The notes: generated by a model from the sequence alone, not told the origin. A stretch of 50,743 bases of DNA from an uncultured Dehalococcoidia bacterium (GCA_964449845.1 CAYVES010000003.1:1-50743); one strand, 5' to 3'. Numbered from the stretch's first letter, positions 35,585 to 44,944 are shown. Translations and numbers: made by a program.

Positions 35585-37183
35585 TTAGTGTGGCTCGATG
35601 GAAACATACCTGAGGCGGGGTATCCACAGTGGGGTGAGGGGTAGGTTCTCAACATAGGGTTTGACCAGTGTATAACTAACGTCGAAGAATAGGGGCAGGC
35701 AGGCAGCGTCGTTGACAATCATTTGCTCGGCCTGTTGGTAGAGGTTCATTCGGGCAGTGACATCTTCCTCCTCTCGTGCCTCTTCGAGAAAAGCATCTAC
35801 CTCAGGGTTGCTATACTCACCGATGTTGTCCTTGGTACCACTGTGGAACAGTACGTCCAGAAAATTCTGTGGGTCTGGGTAATCAGCACCCCAACCGAGG
35901 GTAAATAACTCGTCCTTCTCTTGCATAATAGCCCAAGGGTATCTCTCTGGATCGAGTTGTCTTATTTGAACTTCCACTCCCAGATTACGCCGCCACATGT
36001 CGACCAAGGCCGCCTCTAAGTTCGATACTGAGCCTCTGCCCGGGGAGGTCAGGGTGATGGGCGGCAGGTTGGCGGCGTCTCCATATTCTGATTCTGCGAG
36101 CAGCCGTTTTGCAAGCTCTGCGTCGAAAGCTAGCCCTTGAACATCCTCGTTGTAGCCGGGCATACCGGGAGGCAGTATACCATCGGCCGTCTTTACCAGA
36201 CCCTTGAGGACGAGTCCAACTATCTTATCCTTGTCTATGGCGTGACTGAATGCCTGGCGCACTTTGGCGTCGTCGAACGGCGGCTTGGCTGAGTTGAAGC
36301 CTATGAAGAAGAGGCTGAGTTCAGGAGTGATAGTGAGTTCCTCATTCAAGGGGTTGGCTGGATCGAGCACCCTCTCAATGTCGCCCAGGTAAACGTCTGT
36401 GACATCGATTTCGCCGGTCTCGTACATCATCATCGGCACTCCGCCCCAAAGGAGATAGAGGACGTGTTCTATCCTGGGCGGTTCCAAGTAGTAGAGGCTG
36501 TTTCTCTCTAATATTATGAAGTCGTCCTCTTGCCATTTCGTGAGCTGGAATGGTCCTGTGCCGTTGGGGTTTTGCCACCAGTAGGTTCCCGATTCGACGT
36601 TGGTTTGGTCAACAACATAAGCCGCGGGATGAGCTAGCTTGGATAGGAAGTATCCCTTGGCAGCATCGATGGTGATCTCGAGGGTATAGTCATTGATGAC
36701 CGTGATGCCTCTGATTTCGTCAGCTTCTCCTGAGAGTCTCTCCTGTACGCCGACGATATCGCCGAGATAAGTCTCGGCGGTCTGGGATGCGGTCGACGGG
36801 TCACAGGCGCGTTCCATCGAGTACTTGAAATCGCTGGCAGTGACTTCTTTCCCGTTATGGAACTTCACGCCGTCACGCAGGTGGAGGGTGTAGGTCTTTC
36901 CATCGCTGCTTATCTCCCAGCTTTTTGCGATCTCGGGCGTCAGATTGAGCTCGGGGTCGAAGCTAACTAACCCACTGAAGATCTCGACAATGTATGTTAG
37001 TGATGTACTTGATCGCGCCAGCGCAGGATCGAGAGTCAACGGGGCTACGTCAGAGAGAGTCAGGGTTCCATTTGGGGTGATGTCAGTGGGGCCTGGTTGC
37101 CCCAAGTTGCACCCTGTGGCGAGCGACAGCAGCACGATTAGGGCGCAAACGATTTGCACTGACAGCCGCAGTTTCGTTTTCAC
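35585..37183 (-). CDS. ABC transporter substrate-binding lipoprotein, family 5 (peptide/nickel type)
   Basis: Signal peptide plus lipobox LATGC; 532 aa; ...FHNGKEVTASDFKYS... typical SBP_bac_5 pattern. No permease or ATPase genes are nearby. Confidence 0.85.
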   Translation of the reverse strand: MKTKLRLSVQIVCALIVLLSLATGCNLGQPGPTDITPNGTLTLSDVAPLTLDPALARSSTSLTYIVEIFSGLVSFDPELNLTPEIAKSWEISSDGKTYTLHLRDGVKFHNGKEVTASDFKYSMERACDPSTASQTAETYLGDIVGVQERLSGEADEIRGITVINDYTLEITIDAAKGYFLSKLAHPAAYVVDQTNVESGTYWWQNPNGTGPFQLTKWQEDDFIILERNSLYYLEPPRIEHVLYLLWGGVPMMMYETGEIDVTDVYLGDIERVLDPANPLNEELTITPELSLFFIGFNSAKPPFDDAKVRQAFSHAIDKDKIVGLVLKGLVKTADGILPPGMPGYNEDVQGLAFDAELAKRLLAESEYGDAANLPPITLTSPGRGSVSNLEAALVDMWRRNLGVEVQIRQLDPERYPWAIMQEKDELFTLGWGADYPDPQNFLDVLFHSGTKDNIGEYSNPEVDAFLEEAREEEDVTARMNLYQQAEQMIVNDAACLPLFFDVSYTLVKPYVENLPLTPLWIPRLRYVSIEPH

Positions 37184-37293
37184 TTCTTATCTCTCCCTGC
37201 ACTCAGACGATGCTGATATTCCCTCTTGGGGCTGAGCCGGCCCGATGGTAGGCAATGAGGATAAGAGAGAGTGCAAAGGAACGAGCTTTTTGG

Positions 37294-38392
37294 TCAAGCT
37301 TGTACCTTGGATCTCAGGTATGCTTTGAGTAGTTCGTCAAGTCCGCCGTCGAGCACAGCAGAGGAGTCACCAGTTTCATACCCGGTTCGATGGTCTTTAA
37401 CTAGCTTATAGGGGTGAAGCACATAGCTCCGAATCTGGTTGCCCCATTCGGCGGTGACGTGTTCCCCCTTTAGTTTTGCTTGTTCCGCAGCTTTCTTTTC
37501 CAACTCCAGTTCAAGGAGTCGGGAGCGGAGGACTCTCATGGCCGTTTCCTTGTTTCTATACTGTGAGCGCTCGTTTTGGCAACTAACCACGAGTCCAGTC
37601 GGTAGATGCGTCAGGCGAACCGCGCTGCTGGTTTTCTGCATGTGCTGACCGCCGGGGCCGCTGGAGCGGAAGACCTCTACCTTGAGGTCATCGGGGTCGA
37701 TGGTGATATCCACCCCGCTCTCCACCACTGGCATAACCTCTACCAAGGCGAAGGAAGTATGGCGGCTGTGAGAAGCATCGAAAGGGGAAATGCGCACCAG
37801 TCTATGTACCCCTCGCTCTCCCTTAAGGTATCCATAAGCGTAATCCCCGTCAATTTCGATGAGGGTGCTTTTTATTCCTGCTTCCTCTCCCGGTGAGCTC
37901 TCGATAACTTCAGTGCGGTAACCATGCTGTTCTGACCATCGAAGGTACATTCTGAGCAGCATCTGGGCCCAATCTTGGGATTCGGTGCCTCCGGCGCCTG
38001 CGTGTACCGCCAGCATGGCCCCTCTGGGGTCGTACCGGCCCCCTAGATGCAATTGGAATTCGAGATCTTCGAGGGAATGCTCGACGCTTTCTATTTCGTG
38101 GGAGATCTCCTCTTCCAGAGAGCGATCTTCTTCGGCAAGGGACAAATCGATCAAGGTGGCTAAGTCAGCAACCTTTTTATCTAGATCGCGCCAGGTGGTC
38201 ACCACCTCCTTCAGATGGGAGATCTGGCGCATGGTTTGCTGTGCCTTGTCCTGATCCTGCCAGAAGTTGGGGTGGGAGGTCTCTTTTTCAAGCTGAGCTA
38301 TCTGCTCTTCCTTCGCAGAGACGTCAAAGATGCACCAGGATATCGGAGATGCGTCCCTTCAGGTCCTCCAATTTCTGCTTCTGTTCCTCCAT
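37294..38392 (-). CDS. prfB: peptide chain release factor 2, with programmed +1 frameshift (joined 38392..38327 and 38325..37294)
   Basis: ATG 38392 is followed by 22 codons (MEEQKQKLEDLKGRISDILVHL) and then CTT TGA C. The +1 frame continues DVSAKEEQIAQLEKETSHPNFW... into the 312-aa track ORF, which carries SPF and GGQ (SSGPGGQH). Confidence 0.92.
38323..38329 (-). other. RF2 +1 frameshift site CTT TGA C
   Basis: Minus-strand sequence CTTTGAC at 38329-38323. The in-frame TGA lies at 38326-38324. Confidence 0.9.
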
Positions 38393-38421
38393 TTTGCCCT
38401 CTCTTCCACTAGGCCTTAGGT

Positions 38422-39138
38422 CTAAAATAACTTGAGTCTTACCTGTGCCTGGGTTTCTTCTACTCCCGTGGCTTTGAGATGTCCGCCAGCAGCGAGGTGT
38501 GCGAGTCTTGTGGGCTCTGGCAGTCGCAGGCCGCGGCAGCAGCCCAGCGCCAAGACTATGGAAGCTTGCAGGTCTACCTTGTGTCCTATCGACACGTAGA
38601 TTGGAGCTACTCCCCGTTTGGTGCGAAGCGCTGCTCCTACCACCTCACCATTGTGGATGATCTCGGCATAGGAGCCTGGCTCCGGCGGCACTGCTTGATG
38701 GGCCCCGCAGAGCCTGGATTTGGCACAGCCTATGGTTGGTTTGTCCCACATCAGACCCAAGTGTGAGGCCAATCCCAACCTTCTGGGATGGGCAATGCCT
38801 TGGCCGTCCACAAGGATCAGGTCGGGGTCAGCGTTCAGCTTTTCGCAGACAGCAAGGATGAGCGGGGCCTCCCTGAATGAGAGAAGTCCGGGAACATAGG
38901 GGAAGGTGACCCGTTGCTCGATAACTTCGGTCTCCTTCAATTCCAGCTCGGGATAGCTAAGGACGGTGACTGCTGCTCGTGCAAACCCTTCGGAATCCGG
39001 CGCAGAGATATCGACGCCTGCAACCAGGAAAATATCACCTACCTCGTTTCGTCTAGAGACCATCGCCGCCAGGTCTCGCTGTATTTGCTTGGCTTGATCC
39101 GGCGTCATTTGCCAGTCATGTAAATGCTGTGCTTTCAT
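38422..39138 (-). CDS. nfi: endonuclease V (deoxyinosine 3' endonuclease)
   Basis: ...VAGVDIS..., ...YVPGLLSFREAP..., ...LVDGQGIAHPRRLGLASHLG..., 238 aa. Confidence 0.9.
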   Translation of the reverse strand: MKAQHLHDWQMTPDQAKQIQRDLAAMVSRRNEVGDIFLVAGVDISAPDSEGFARAAVTVLSYPELELKETEVIEQRVTFPYVPGLLSFREAPLILAVCEKLNADPDLILVDGQGIAHPRRLGLASHLGLMWDKPTIGCAKSRLCGAHQAVPPEPGSYAEIIHNGEVVGAALRTKRGVAPIYVSIGHKVDLQASIVLALGCCRGLRLPEPTRLAHLAAGGHLKATGVEETQAQVRLKLF

Positions 39139-39247
39139 GGGTTATCGTGCTCTTTCAGCTAGAGTGAAATAGTGACGTGAAGGAGGCAGGAAACCGCGTC
39201 TACCTTGGTCTTCATTGTAATCCTTGGCAAAGCGTATGGCAATGGCC

Positions 39248-39745
39248 CTAAGTGAAAAAATCCCGCACGGCGTCGAACTCTTCCGGGAGAAGATAGAGCA
39301 CGAATGGAAGCTTGTCGAGTAAGAAAGCAGCAAGCAGGGATTCCTGAAATGTAGCTCCTACGCTTGGGAAGGAGTTGGCGATTAGGGATAGAACGGCGCC
39401 AGAAATTAGGCCGCCGATGACTAGACCGAAGACCAACCCACCTATTTTGTCGACCCAGCCCATAAGTAGCAGGTAGAGGAATCTGTGCAGCAGCATAGAT
39501 ACTATTGTCATTGCTGCCATGAACAGGATAAAGATGATAGCGAAAGCAACTATGTTGGCCTGGGCTTCGCTTTTGAGCAAACCAGGGTGAAACCAGCCTG
39601 CAAGGTCGTCGTAGGCGCGTCCTGCCACGAGGATGGCGAGGACGATTGCTACCAGCGGGACGACCGTCCCTATCAACCCTCTCCTGTAGCCGATGTACAT
39701 GGGGAGGATAAGTATAAGAATGATTACTCCGTCGAGCCAATTCAT
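39248..39745 (-). CDS. cvpA: CvpA family membrane protein
   Basis: MNWLDGVIILILILPMYIGYRRGLIG...; 165 aa with four hydrophobic segments. Confidence 0.8.
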   Translation of the reverse strand: MNWLDGVIILILILPMYIGYRRGLIGTVVPLVAIVLAILVAGRAYDDLAGWFHPGLLKSEAQANIVAFAIIFILFMAAMTIVSMLLHRFLYLLLMGWVDKIGGLVFGLVIGGLISGAVLSLIANSFPSVGATFQESLLAAFLLDKLPFVLYLLPEEFDAVRDFFT

Positions 39746-39926
39746 GTTTGCCCTGCTGCTCCTATCGGCGCTTTGAACGCTATTTTAGCACATTGAAACT
39801 GCCGCACCAAATTTGGTCAATGGTGTTGACATCGAGGCAAGGCGATAGTGAGAAGAGCAAAGCAGATGAAAGATGACTGCGTTGCTCTGCCCAGATAGCG
39901 TTTGCCGTAAGAATATATCAACTGCC

Positions 39927-40658
39927 TCAGCCGAAAAAGTCGCGCACCGTACCGAATTCTTCAGGAAGGAGGTGGAGCACAAAGGGGAACTGATCGAGGA
40001 AAAAAGCGGCAAGGCTGGAATCGCTAATCGTGGCTTCCATTCCTGGGGAATACTTGGCGATCAGGGATAGAATGGCCCCCGAGATTATGCCGCCGATGGC
40101 TAAGCCGAAGATTATTCCGCCCAGCCTATCTGCCCAGCCCATAAGCGGAATGCTGGGGGATTTGCCGGCAAGCGAAGATAGTACCAAGTACAGTTCGATT
40201 GATGCAACCATAACGACGATGAAGATTATGAGGAAGGCAACTACTGTGGCCTGGCTGCGGCTTTCCAGCCAAGAAGATAAGCAGTCCGCCAGGGACCCGT
40301 AGAAGAGTCCTGCCAGGGCCAAACCCAGAAGGATCCCGATCAATGGCACGACGGTTCCTGTTAGCCCTCCCCAGCTAAAACGGAATAAGCGCAAGGATTT
40401 ACGCAGCAGCGAAAGCAATAACAACCCTACGGCTATGAACAGGACAAAGATAATGATGAAGGCAGCAACTTTGGCCTGATTCGGGCTTTCCAGCCAGGAA
40501 GATAGCCAATCTGCCAAGGAGCTGTGGAATACTCCTGCCAGGACAACACCGGAGACTATTGCTAACAGGGGGAGAGCCATCTTTGCCAGTCCCCACTTGA
40601 AGCCGATGAACGTAGGGACGGCTAGGATAAGGAAAATCACTGCGTCAAGCCAATTCAT
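39927..40658 (-). CDS. cvpA: CvpA family membrane protein, longer paralogue with an internal duplication
   Basis: MNWLDAVIFLILAVPTFIGFKWGL.... The C-terminus ...FPFVLHLLPEEFGTVRDFF is nearly the same as in the 165-aa paralogue. The segment ...LAGVFHSSLADWLSSWLESPNQAKVAAFIIIFVLF... is repeated as ...LAGLFYGSLADCLSSWLESRSQATVVAFLIIFIVV... Confidence 0.75.
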   Translation of the reverse strand: MNWLDAVIFLILAVPTFIGFKWGLAKMALPLLAIVSGVVLAGVFHSSLADWLSSWLESPNQAKVAAFIIIFVLFIAVGLLLLSLLRKSLRLFRFSWGGLTGTVVPLIGILLGLALAGLFYGSLADCLSSWLESRSQATVVAFLIIFIVVMVASIELYLVLSSLAGKSPSIPLMGWADRLGGIIFGLAIGGIISGAILSLIAKYSPGMEATISDSSLAAFFLDQFPFVLHLLPEEFGTVRDFFG

Positions 40659-40756
40659 ATTTGGCCTGCCATTTCACCGGATTTTGGAGCTTATCTTAAC
40701 ACACGGAAGGCACGATTCCAAGTGGGCCGATGGTGCTAGCGTGGGTGTGGCCTCGC

Positions 40757-40785
40757 TTGACACTCGGTTGGCTCTATGCTAAATT
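40757..40785 (+). promoter_or_regulatory. sigma70-like promoter upstream of etfB
   Basis: TTGACA (40757-40762), 17-nt spacer, TAAATT (40780-40785). Confidence 0.35.
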
Positions 40786-40861
40786 TGTAAGCGGCTCTAA
40801 CACGGCTTCAGTCCAGTTTGTGTAGAGAAAGCGATTTTTTGTGCCTAAAGGAGGAAAGACT

Positions 40862-41662
40862 GTGAATTCGATTGTCTGCGTGAAGGAGATTCCTGACCCC
40901 GAAACCCCTGCTTCTGCATTCAGCATCGATCCCGTGGCGATGCGGGCTATTCCGGCCAAGGACACGCCCCCAGTGATCAGCCCCTTCGACGAGCAAGCGG
41001 TTGAAGCCGCTCTTCGTCTGAAGGATGCGCATGGAGGCAAGGTAACAGTGCTCAGCATGGGGGCACCATCAGCAGAGAAGGTGTTGAAGCATACATTATC
41101 AATGGGCGCGGACGAGGCGTTCTTGCTCAATGACAGTTCGTTCGATGACTCGGATGGCGCGTCCACTGCCTATGCCTTGGCTCAAGCGATAAAGAAAGTG
41201 GGAGAATTCGACCTCGTCTTCTGTGGCAGGCAGGCGGGGGACTTTGATGCAGGTCAGGTTGGGTCTGGTATCGCTGAGATCCTGGGTATAGCCAGCGTCA
41301 CGGTAGCCAAGAAAATCGAGGCAGGTGATGGCAAGGCCACGGTGGAGCGAGTGCTACCAGATGGCTATGAGGTGCTCGAGGTATCGCTCCCTGCGCTAAT
41401 AACGGTGAGCAACGAGCTTGGTGAGCCCAGATATGCTACCCTCAAAGGGATCATGGCCGCTGCCAAGAAGACGGTTCCTGTCTGGAATGCCCAGGAAATT
41501 GGTGCTGAGCCGTCTAAGCTCGGGACTGCCGGGGCGCGGACCAAGATGCTTAAGCTGTTCATCCCGGTTCGGGAGGCCAAATGCGAGATAGTCGAGGGTG
41601 AAAACGAGGAGGAGGCGGCTTTCAAATTGGCTTTCAAACTCAGGGAAGTGAAGTTAATATGA
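40862..41662 (+). CDS. etfB: electron transfer flavoprotein beta subunit
   Basis: (M)NSIVCVKEIPD... I prefer GTG 40862, preceded by AAAGGAGGA, to the track's 40841. Family-typical ...DLVFCGRQAGD... is present. Confidence 0.9.
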   Translation: MNSIVCVKEIPDPETPASAFSIDPVAMRAIPAKDTPPVISPFDEQAVEAALRLKDAHGGKVTVLSMGAPSAEKVLKHTLSMGADEAFLLNDSSFDDSDGASTAYALAQAIKKVGEFDLVFCGRQAGDFDAGQVGSGIAEILGIASVTVAKKIEAGDGKATVERVLPDGYEVLEVSLPALITVSNELGEPRYATLKGIMAAAKKTVPVWNAQEIGAEPSKLGTAGARTKMLKLFIPVREAKCEIVEGENEEEAAFKLAFKLREVKLI

Positions 41663-41696
41663 TGCAACATCTGAGGATCATTAGGAGGTAAACGAG

Positions 41697-42698
41697 ATGG
41701 CTGATAGTAAAGGGGTTCTGGTCTGTGGAGAGTGTGTGGACGGGACTCTGGCTGCGGTGACTTTGGAGCTGCTTGGAATTGGTAGGAAGCTCGCTGATGA
41801 TCTTGGCGAAGAGCTGGCAGCAGTGCTAATCGGGGAGAAAGTCGGCGACCTAGCAGAAGAGGCTATCCGGTTTGGAGCGGACAAGGTTTATGTTGTCGAA
41901 AGCCCTCTGCTCAAAGATTATGTAACCGATTCATATGTCGCAGCGATGGAGAAGCTTTGTCAGCAGGCTACACCTAATATCTTGTTGATGGGGCAGACCT
42001 CTATGGGCCGTGACCTGGCGGCGAGGCTGGCGTTTAGATTGGGCACAGGGCTGACAACTGACTGCCTGGAGCTGAGGATTGACCCTGATACGAAACTGAT
42101 GGTGCAAACGAAGCCAGTGTATGGTGGCAATGCTCTGGCAGAGATAGTTTGTGAGCAGACTCGGCCTCAGATGGCAACAGTCAGGCCCAAATGCATGGAG
42201 CCACTGGAGAGGGACGATTCGAGGAAAGGCGAGGTGGTCGCCTTTGACGCTGGGTTAGATGCTTCTATGATAAGGGTGAAATGGTTGGAGAAGGTCAAGG
42301 AGGAGGTTGAGGGAGTAAGGCTTGAGGATGCCGATGTTGTGGTGGTTGGGGGGAGAGGAATGGGTGCGGCTGAGGCCTTCGGCCAGCTTGAGGAGTTGGC
42401 CAGGCTTGTGGGTGGAGCTGTAGGAGCAACAAGGCCACCTTGTGACTCGGGGTGGGTGCCGGCAAGTTTGCAGGTGGGGCTCACCGGCAAGATGGTTGCT
42501 CCTACCCTCTATATCGGCGTGGCGCTATCGGGGACAAGCCAACACTTAGCGGGGTGCTCGGGGTCGAAGAACATGATCGCTATTAACAAAGACCCCGATG
42601 CCAACATCTTCAAGGTGTGCCAGTATGGGGTGGTTGCCGATTACCGGAAGGTGCTGACTCCCTTTATCCAGAAGGTCAAAGAGCTTCTTGCTGGCTAA
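41697..42698 (+). CDS. etfA: electron transfer flavoprotein alpha subunit
   Basis: 333 aa; the C-terminal FAD-binding region has ...PTLYIGVALSGTSQHLAG....IAINKDPDA.IF. Confidence 0.92.
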   Translation: MADSKGVLVCGECVDGTLAAVTLELLGIGRKLADDLGEELAAVLIGEKVGDLAEEAIRFGADKVYVVESPLLKDYVTDSYVAAMEKLCQQATPNILLMGQTSMGRDLAARLAFRLGTGLTTDCLELRIDPDTKLMVQTKPVYGGNALAEIVCEQTRPQMATVRPKCMEPLERDDSRKGEVVAFDAGLDASMIRVKWLEKVKEEVEGVRLEDADVVVVGGRGMGAAEAFGQLEELARLVGGAVGATRPPCDSGWVPASLQVGLTGKMVAPTLYIGVALSGTSQHLAGCSGSKNMIAINKDPDANIFKVCQYGVVADYRKVLTPFIQKVKELLAG

Positions 42699-42711
42699 GG
42701 CTACGACTATT

Positions 42712-42787
42712 AAAATGCAAAAGGAAAAGTAGCGTCGTGACTCCTGTCACGACGAGGAATTCGTTGCCACAAGACTAGCAACGCTAC
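42712..42787 (+). repeat. family-A palindromic repeat, copy 2 (full 59-nt unit plus 17-nt left extension)
   Basis: AAAATGCAAAAGGAAAA + GTAGCGTCGTGACTCCTGTCACGACG AGGAATTCGTTGCCACAAGACTAGCAACGCTAC. The termini GTAGCGT/ACGCTAC are complementary. 42712-42755 is a perfect inverted match to 49648-49691. Confidence 0.92.
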
Positions 42788-42802
42788 GCTTGCTGATAGT
42801 GC

Positions 42803-43297
42803 TTAATCCCGTCCTTGCAGGGTTCTTATCTTGTGGCGGGTGAGCGTTCCTTTGCCCTTGGAAGTGACCTCGGCGATATTGACATCAGCGACATCGGCTG
42901 AGGTGGTGACATGTTTCTGAGCCAGCCTTCCCAGTGGTTGAGCCAGCATAACCGCGGTTAGTGTTGCCAGAAGGACATTGGGCAGTCGGCTAGCTCTATT
43001 CTTGCCTCTCATCGCCAGCATTGACGCCAGCCCTGCAAGCAGCGCTGCTACCGCAAGATTCGTTCCACAGAGGGGCGATACTGCCAGATTATCTTCACCC
43101 TGCTTCAATCTGGCAAGTCCTTCTTCGGCGGCTTGAGATACTTCTTCAGTAGAAAGGTCTCCATAGAGATAGAACCCGTCGGTTGTTGCTCTCCCCACCA
43201 GCCTGGTTCCTGCTCTCATCTTGGTCATCAGCACTGCTGCGGTGGCATGTTCTATGGCGTGGTTTCGGCGCAGGGCGGTGATGAAATCAAGTCTCAT
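42803..43297 (-). CDS. conserved-looking hypothetical protein with hydrophobic C-terminal half
   Basis: I prefer the start at MRLDFITALRRNHAIEHATAAVL... (ATG 43297). The track's N-terminal extension would overlap the upstream gene. No family is recognised with confidence. Confidence 0.45.
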   Translation of the reverse strand: MRLDFITALRRNHAIEHATAAVLMTKMRAGTRLVGRATTDGFYLYGDLSTEEVSQAAEEGLARLKQGEDNLAVSPLCGTNLAVAALLAGLASMLAMRGKNRASRLPNVLLATLTAVMLAQPLGRLAQKHVTTSADVADVNIAEVTSKGKGTLTRHKIRTLQGRD

Positions 43298-43364
43298 TGG
43301 GCTGCCTCCGCATACAGTATATGGTATTTCTCTGCCAATTTGAATCCCTGCCCCGGCCCCAGGC

Positions 43365-43895
43365 TTAGCGGTGAGTTTGCTTCCAGGTCGTGCGCAGTCC
43401 CACAATAGCGAACGCGGCGAGACCAATCCCTGCGATCACCGCTCCCCACCAACCAATGACAGTCAGAGTGGTGACAATTACCCCTGCAATGATTACCCCC
43501 AGAACAATACAGGGGAAGGCGCGCCAGAAGCTCAGCCCGAGCAGAAAAGCGACAATCGAGCCGGTCCAGGCTCCAGTGACAGGTAGGGGAATAGCTACGA
43601 AGAGCACCAGCCCAACCAGCCCGTATCTTTCGACGATTCCCCCTCGTCGTCTCGAAAGCTTGAAGACCCAGTTGATTATCGTCTCGAACACCTTTATCTT
43701 GCTCAGGAGTCTGGAGACAGGGCCGAGGAACAGCAGCAGAAAGGGCACCGGCAGCAGGTTGCCCGCAAACGCGACCAGGAAAGCGATATGCCAAGAAATG
43801 TCTAGGTCCAGTATCGCGAGCGGTATGGCCCCCCGGAGTTCCGATATGGGGGCCGCGGCAGTAAAGAAAACTTGGAGAAAATTGGCCAGAGTCAT
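43365..43895 (-). CDS. small multidrug-export-like membrane protein (COG2426-like)
   Basis: MTLANFLQVFFTAAAPISELRGAIPLA... and ...AIPLPVTGAWTGS... are typical of this family. I prefer ATG 43895 because the track extension runs into repeat DNA. Confidence 0.65.
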   Translation of the reverse strand: MTLANFLQVFFTAAAPISELRGAIPLAILDLDISWHIAFLVAFAGNLLPVPFLLLFLGPVSRLLSKIKVFETIINWVFKLSRRRGGIVERYGLVGLVLFVAIPLPVTGAWTGSIVAFLLGLSFWRAFPCIVLGVIIAGVIVTTLTVIGWWGAVIAGIGLAAFAIVGLRTTWKQTHR

Positions 43896-44045
43896 ATGTA
43901 TTTTTCGCGGGAGGGCAGCTTGGCGCAGTGTAACAAGTCGGCGGGGGGCTGTCAAGTGAAGGCGCAGACCGAAGAATACCGATTGAAAACCGACTTGGTG
44001 CTGCCGCATTCTTATGTCATTGCGAGGAGCCCTGAGCGTGTCGAA

Positions 44046-44098
44046 GGGGCGACGAAGCAATCCCGAATGTATTTTTGCTGAGATTGCTTCGCTGCCCC
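44046..44098. repeat. imperfect 17-nt inverted repeat (GGGGCGACGAAGCAATC / GATTGCTTCGCTGCCCC) with a 19-nt loop
   Basis: Seen in the 347-bp spacer upstream of the M50 protease gene. The arms differ at two positions. Confidence 0.7.
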
Positions 44099-44242
44099 TT
44101 CCCCTTCACTTCGTTCAGGGTCGGGGCTTCGGCTCGCAATGCCCCCCCCCGATTTCTGAAGGTAATCGCTGTTTTCGGGCCACAGCGGTCGAATTTCAGG
44201 GTAGGAAGAACTGTGCTATAATACCTGACCAGAGTAATTTCT

Positions 44243-44944
44243 ATGCTCCTTCGCAACTTGTCATTGCTGACAGAGCACCCTGCGGTGTTCTTTTCGCTAG
44301 TGGGCATTGTCACTGTAGCTTTGCTGATTGCGATAACTGTGCATGAATTTGGTCATGCGCTGGTGGCGAACTGGCTAGGGGACCCCACAGCGAAGAGGTT
44401 GGGGAGGCTATCATTGAACCCTATCAGGCATCTCGATCCTTTGGGCACAGTGATGATATTTCTGGTCGGCTTTGGTTGGGGTAAGCCCGTCCCAGTGAAT
44501 TACCAGTTTTTGGGTCGAGATCCGAGGAGAGGAATGGCGCTGGTAGCTTCGGCTGGAGCCCTGTCCAATCTTGTTATGGCCGCCTTATTCGGAGCGCTAA
44601 TAAGAGCAGGGGTGGTGGCCTGGCAATCGCCTGGCCGTCTATATGTCGATGACTTTGAATTGGGCATGGTTGCCGCTATCCTGATGGGTTACGTCATCCT
44701 ATTCAACCTGATCCTGGCGGTATTCAATCTTATCCCGATTGCCCCATTGGATGGGTTCAAGGTTGCCGTTGGCCTTCTGCCCTCGCGGCAGGCCTATGCC
44801 TTGGAACGAATGGAGCAGTACGGCCCCATGCTCTTGCTGGCGTTCCTCTTTTTCGGCTACTTCACCGGGTTTCTGTGGGATGTCTTGATAGGCCCGGTAG
44901 ACCTGTTTGCTCGCCTTTTCGTGGGGCAGGGATTCAATCTTTGA
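44243..44944 (+). CDS. site-2 protease (M50) family membrane metalloprotease
   Basis: HEFGHALVA (HExxH) in the first TM region, plus ...NLIPIAPLDG.... A TGcTATAAT extended -10 lies at 44215-44223. Confidence 0.85.
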   Translation: MLLRNLSLLTEHPAVFFSLVGIVTVALLIAITVHEFGHALVANWLGDPTAKRLGRLSLNPIRHLDPLGTVMIFLVGFGWGKPVPVNYQFLGRDPRRGMALVASAGALSNLVMAALFGALIRAGVVAWQSPGRLYVDDFELGMVAAILMGYVILFNLILAVFNLIPIAPLDGFKVAVGLLPSRQAYALERMEQYGPMLLLAFLFFGYFTGFLWDVLIGPVDLFARLFVGQGFNL

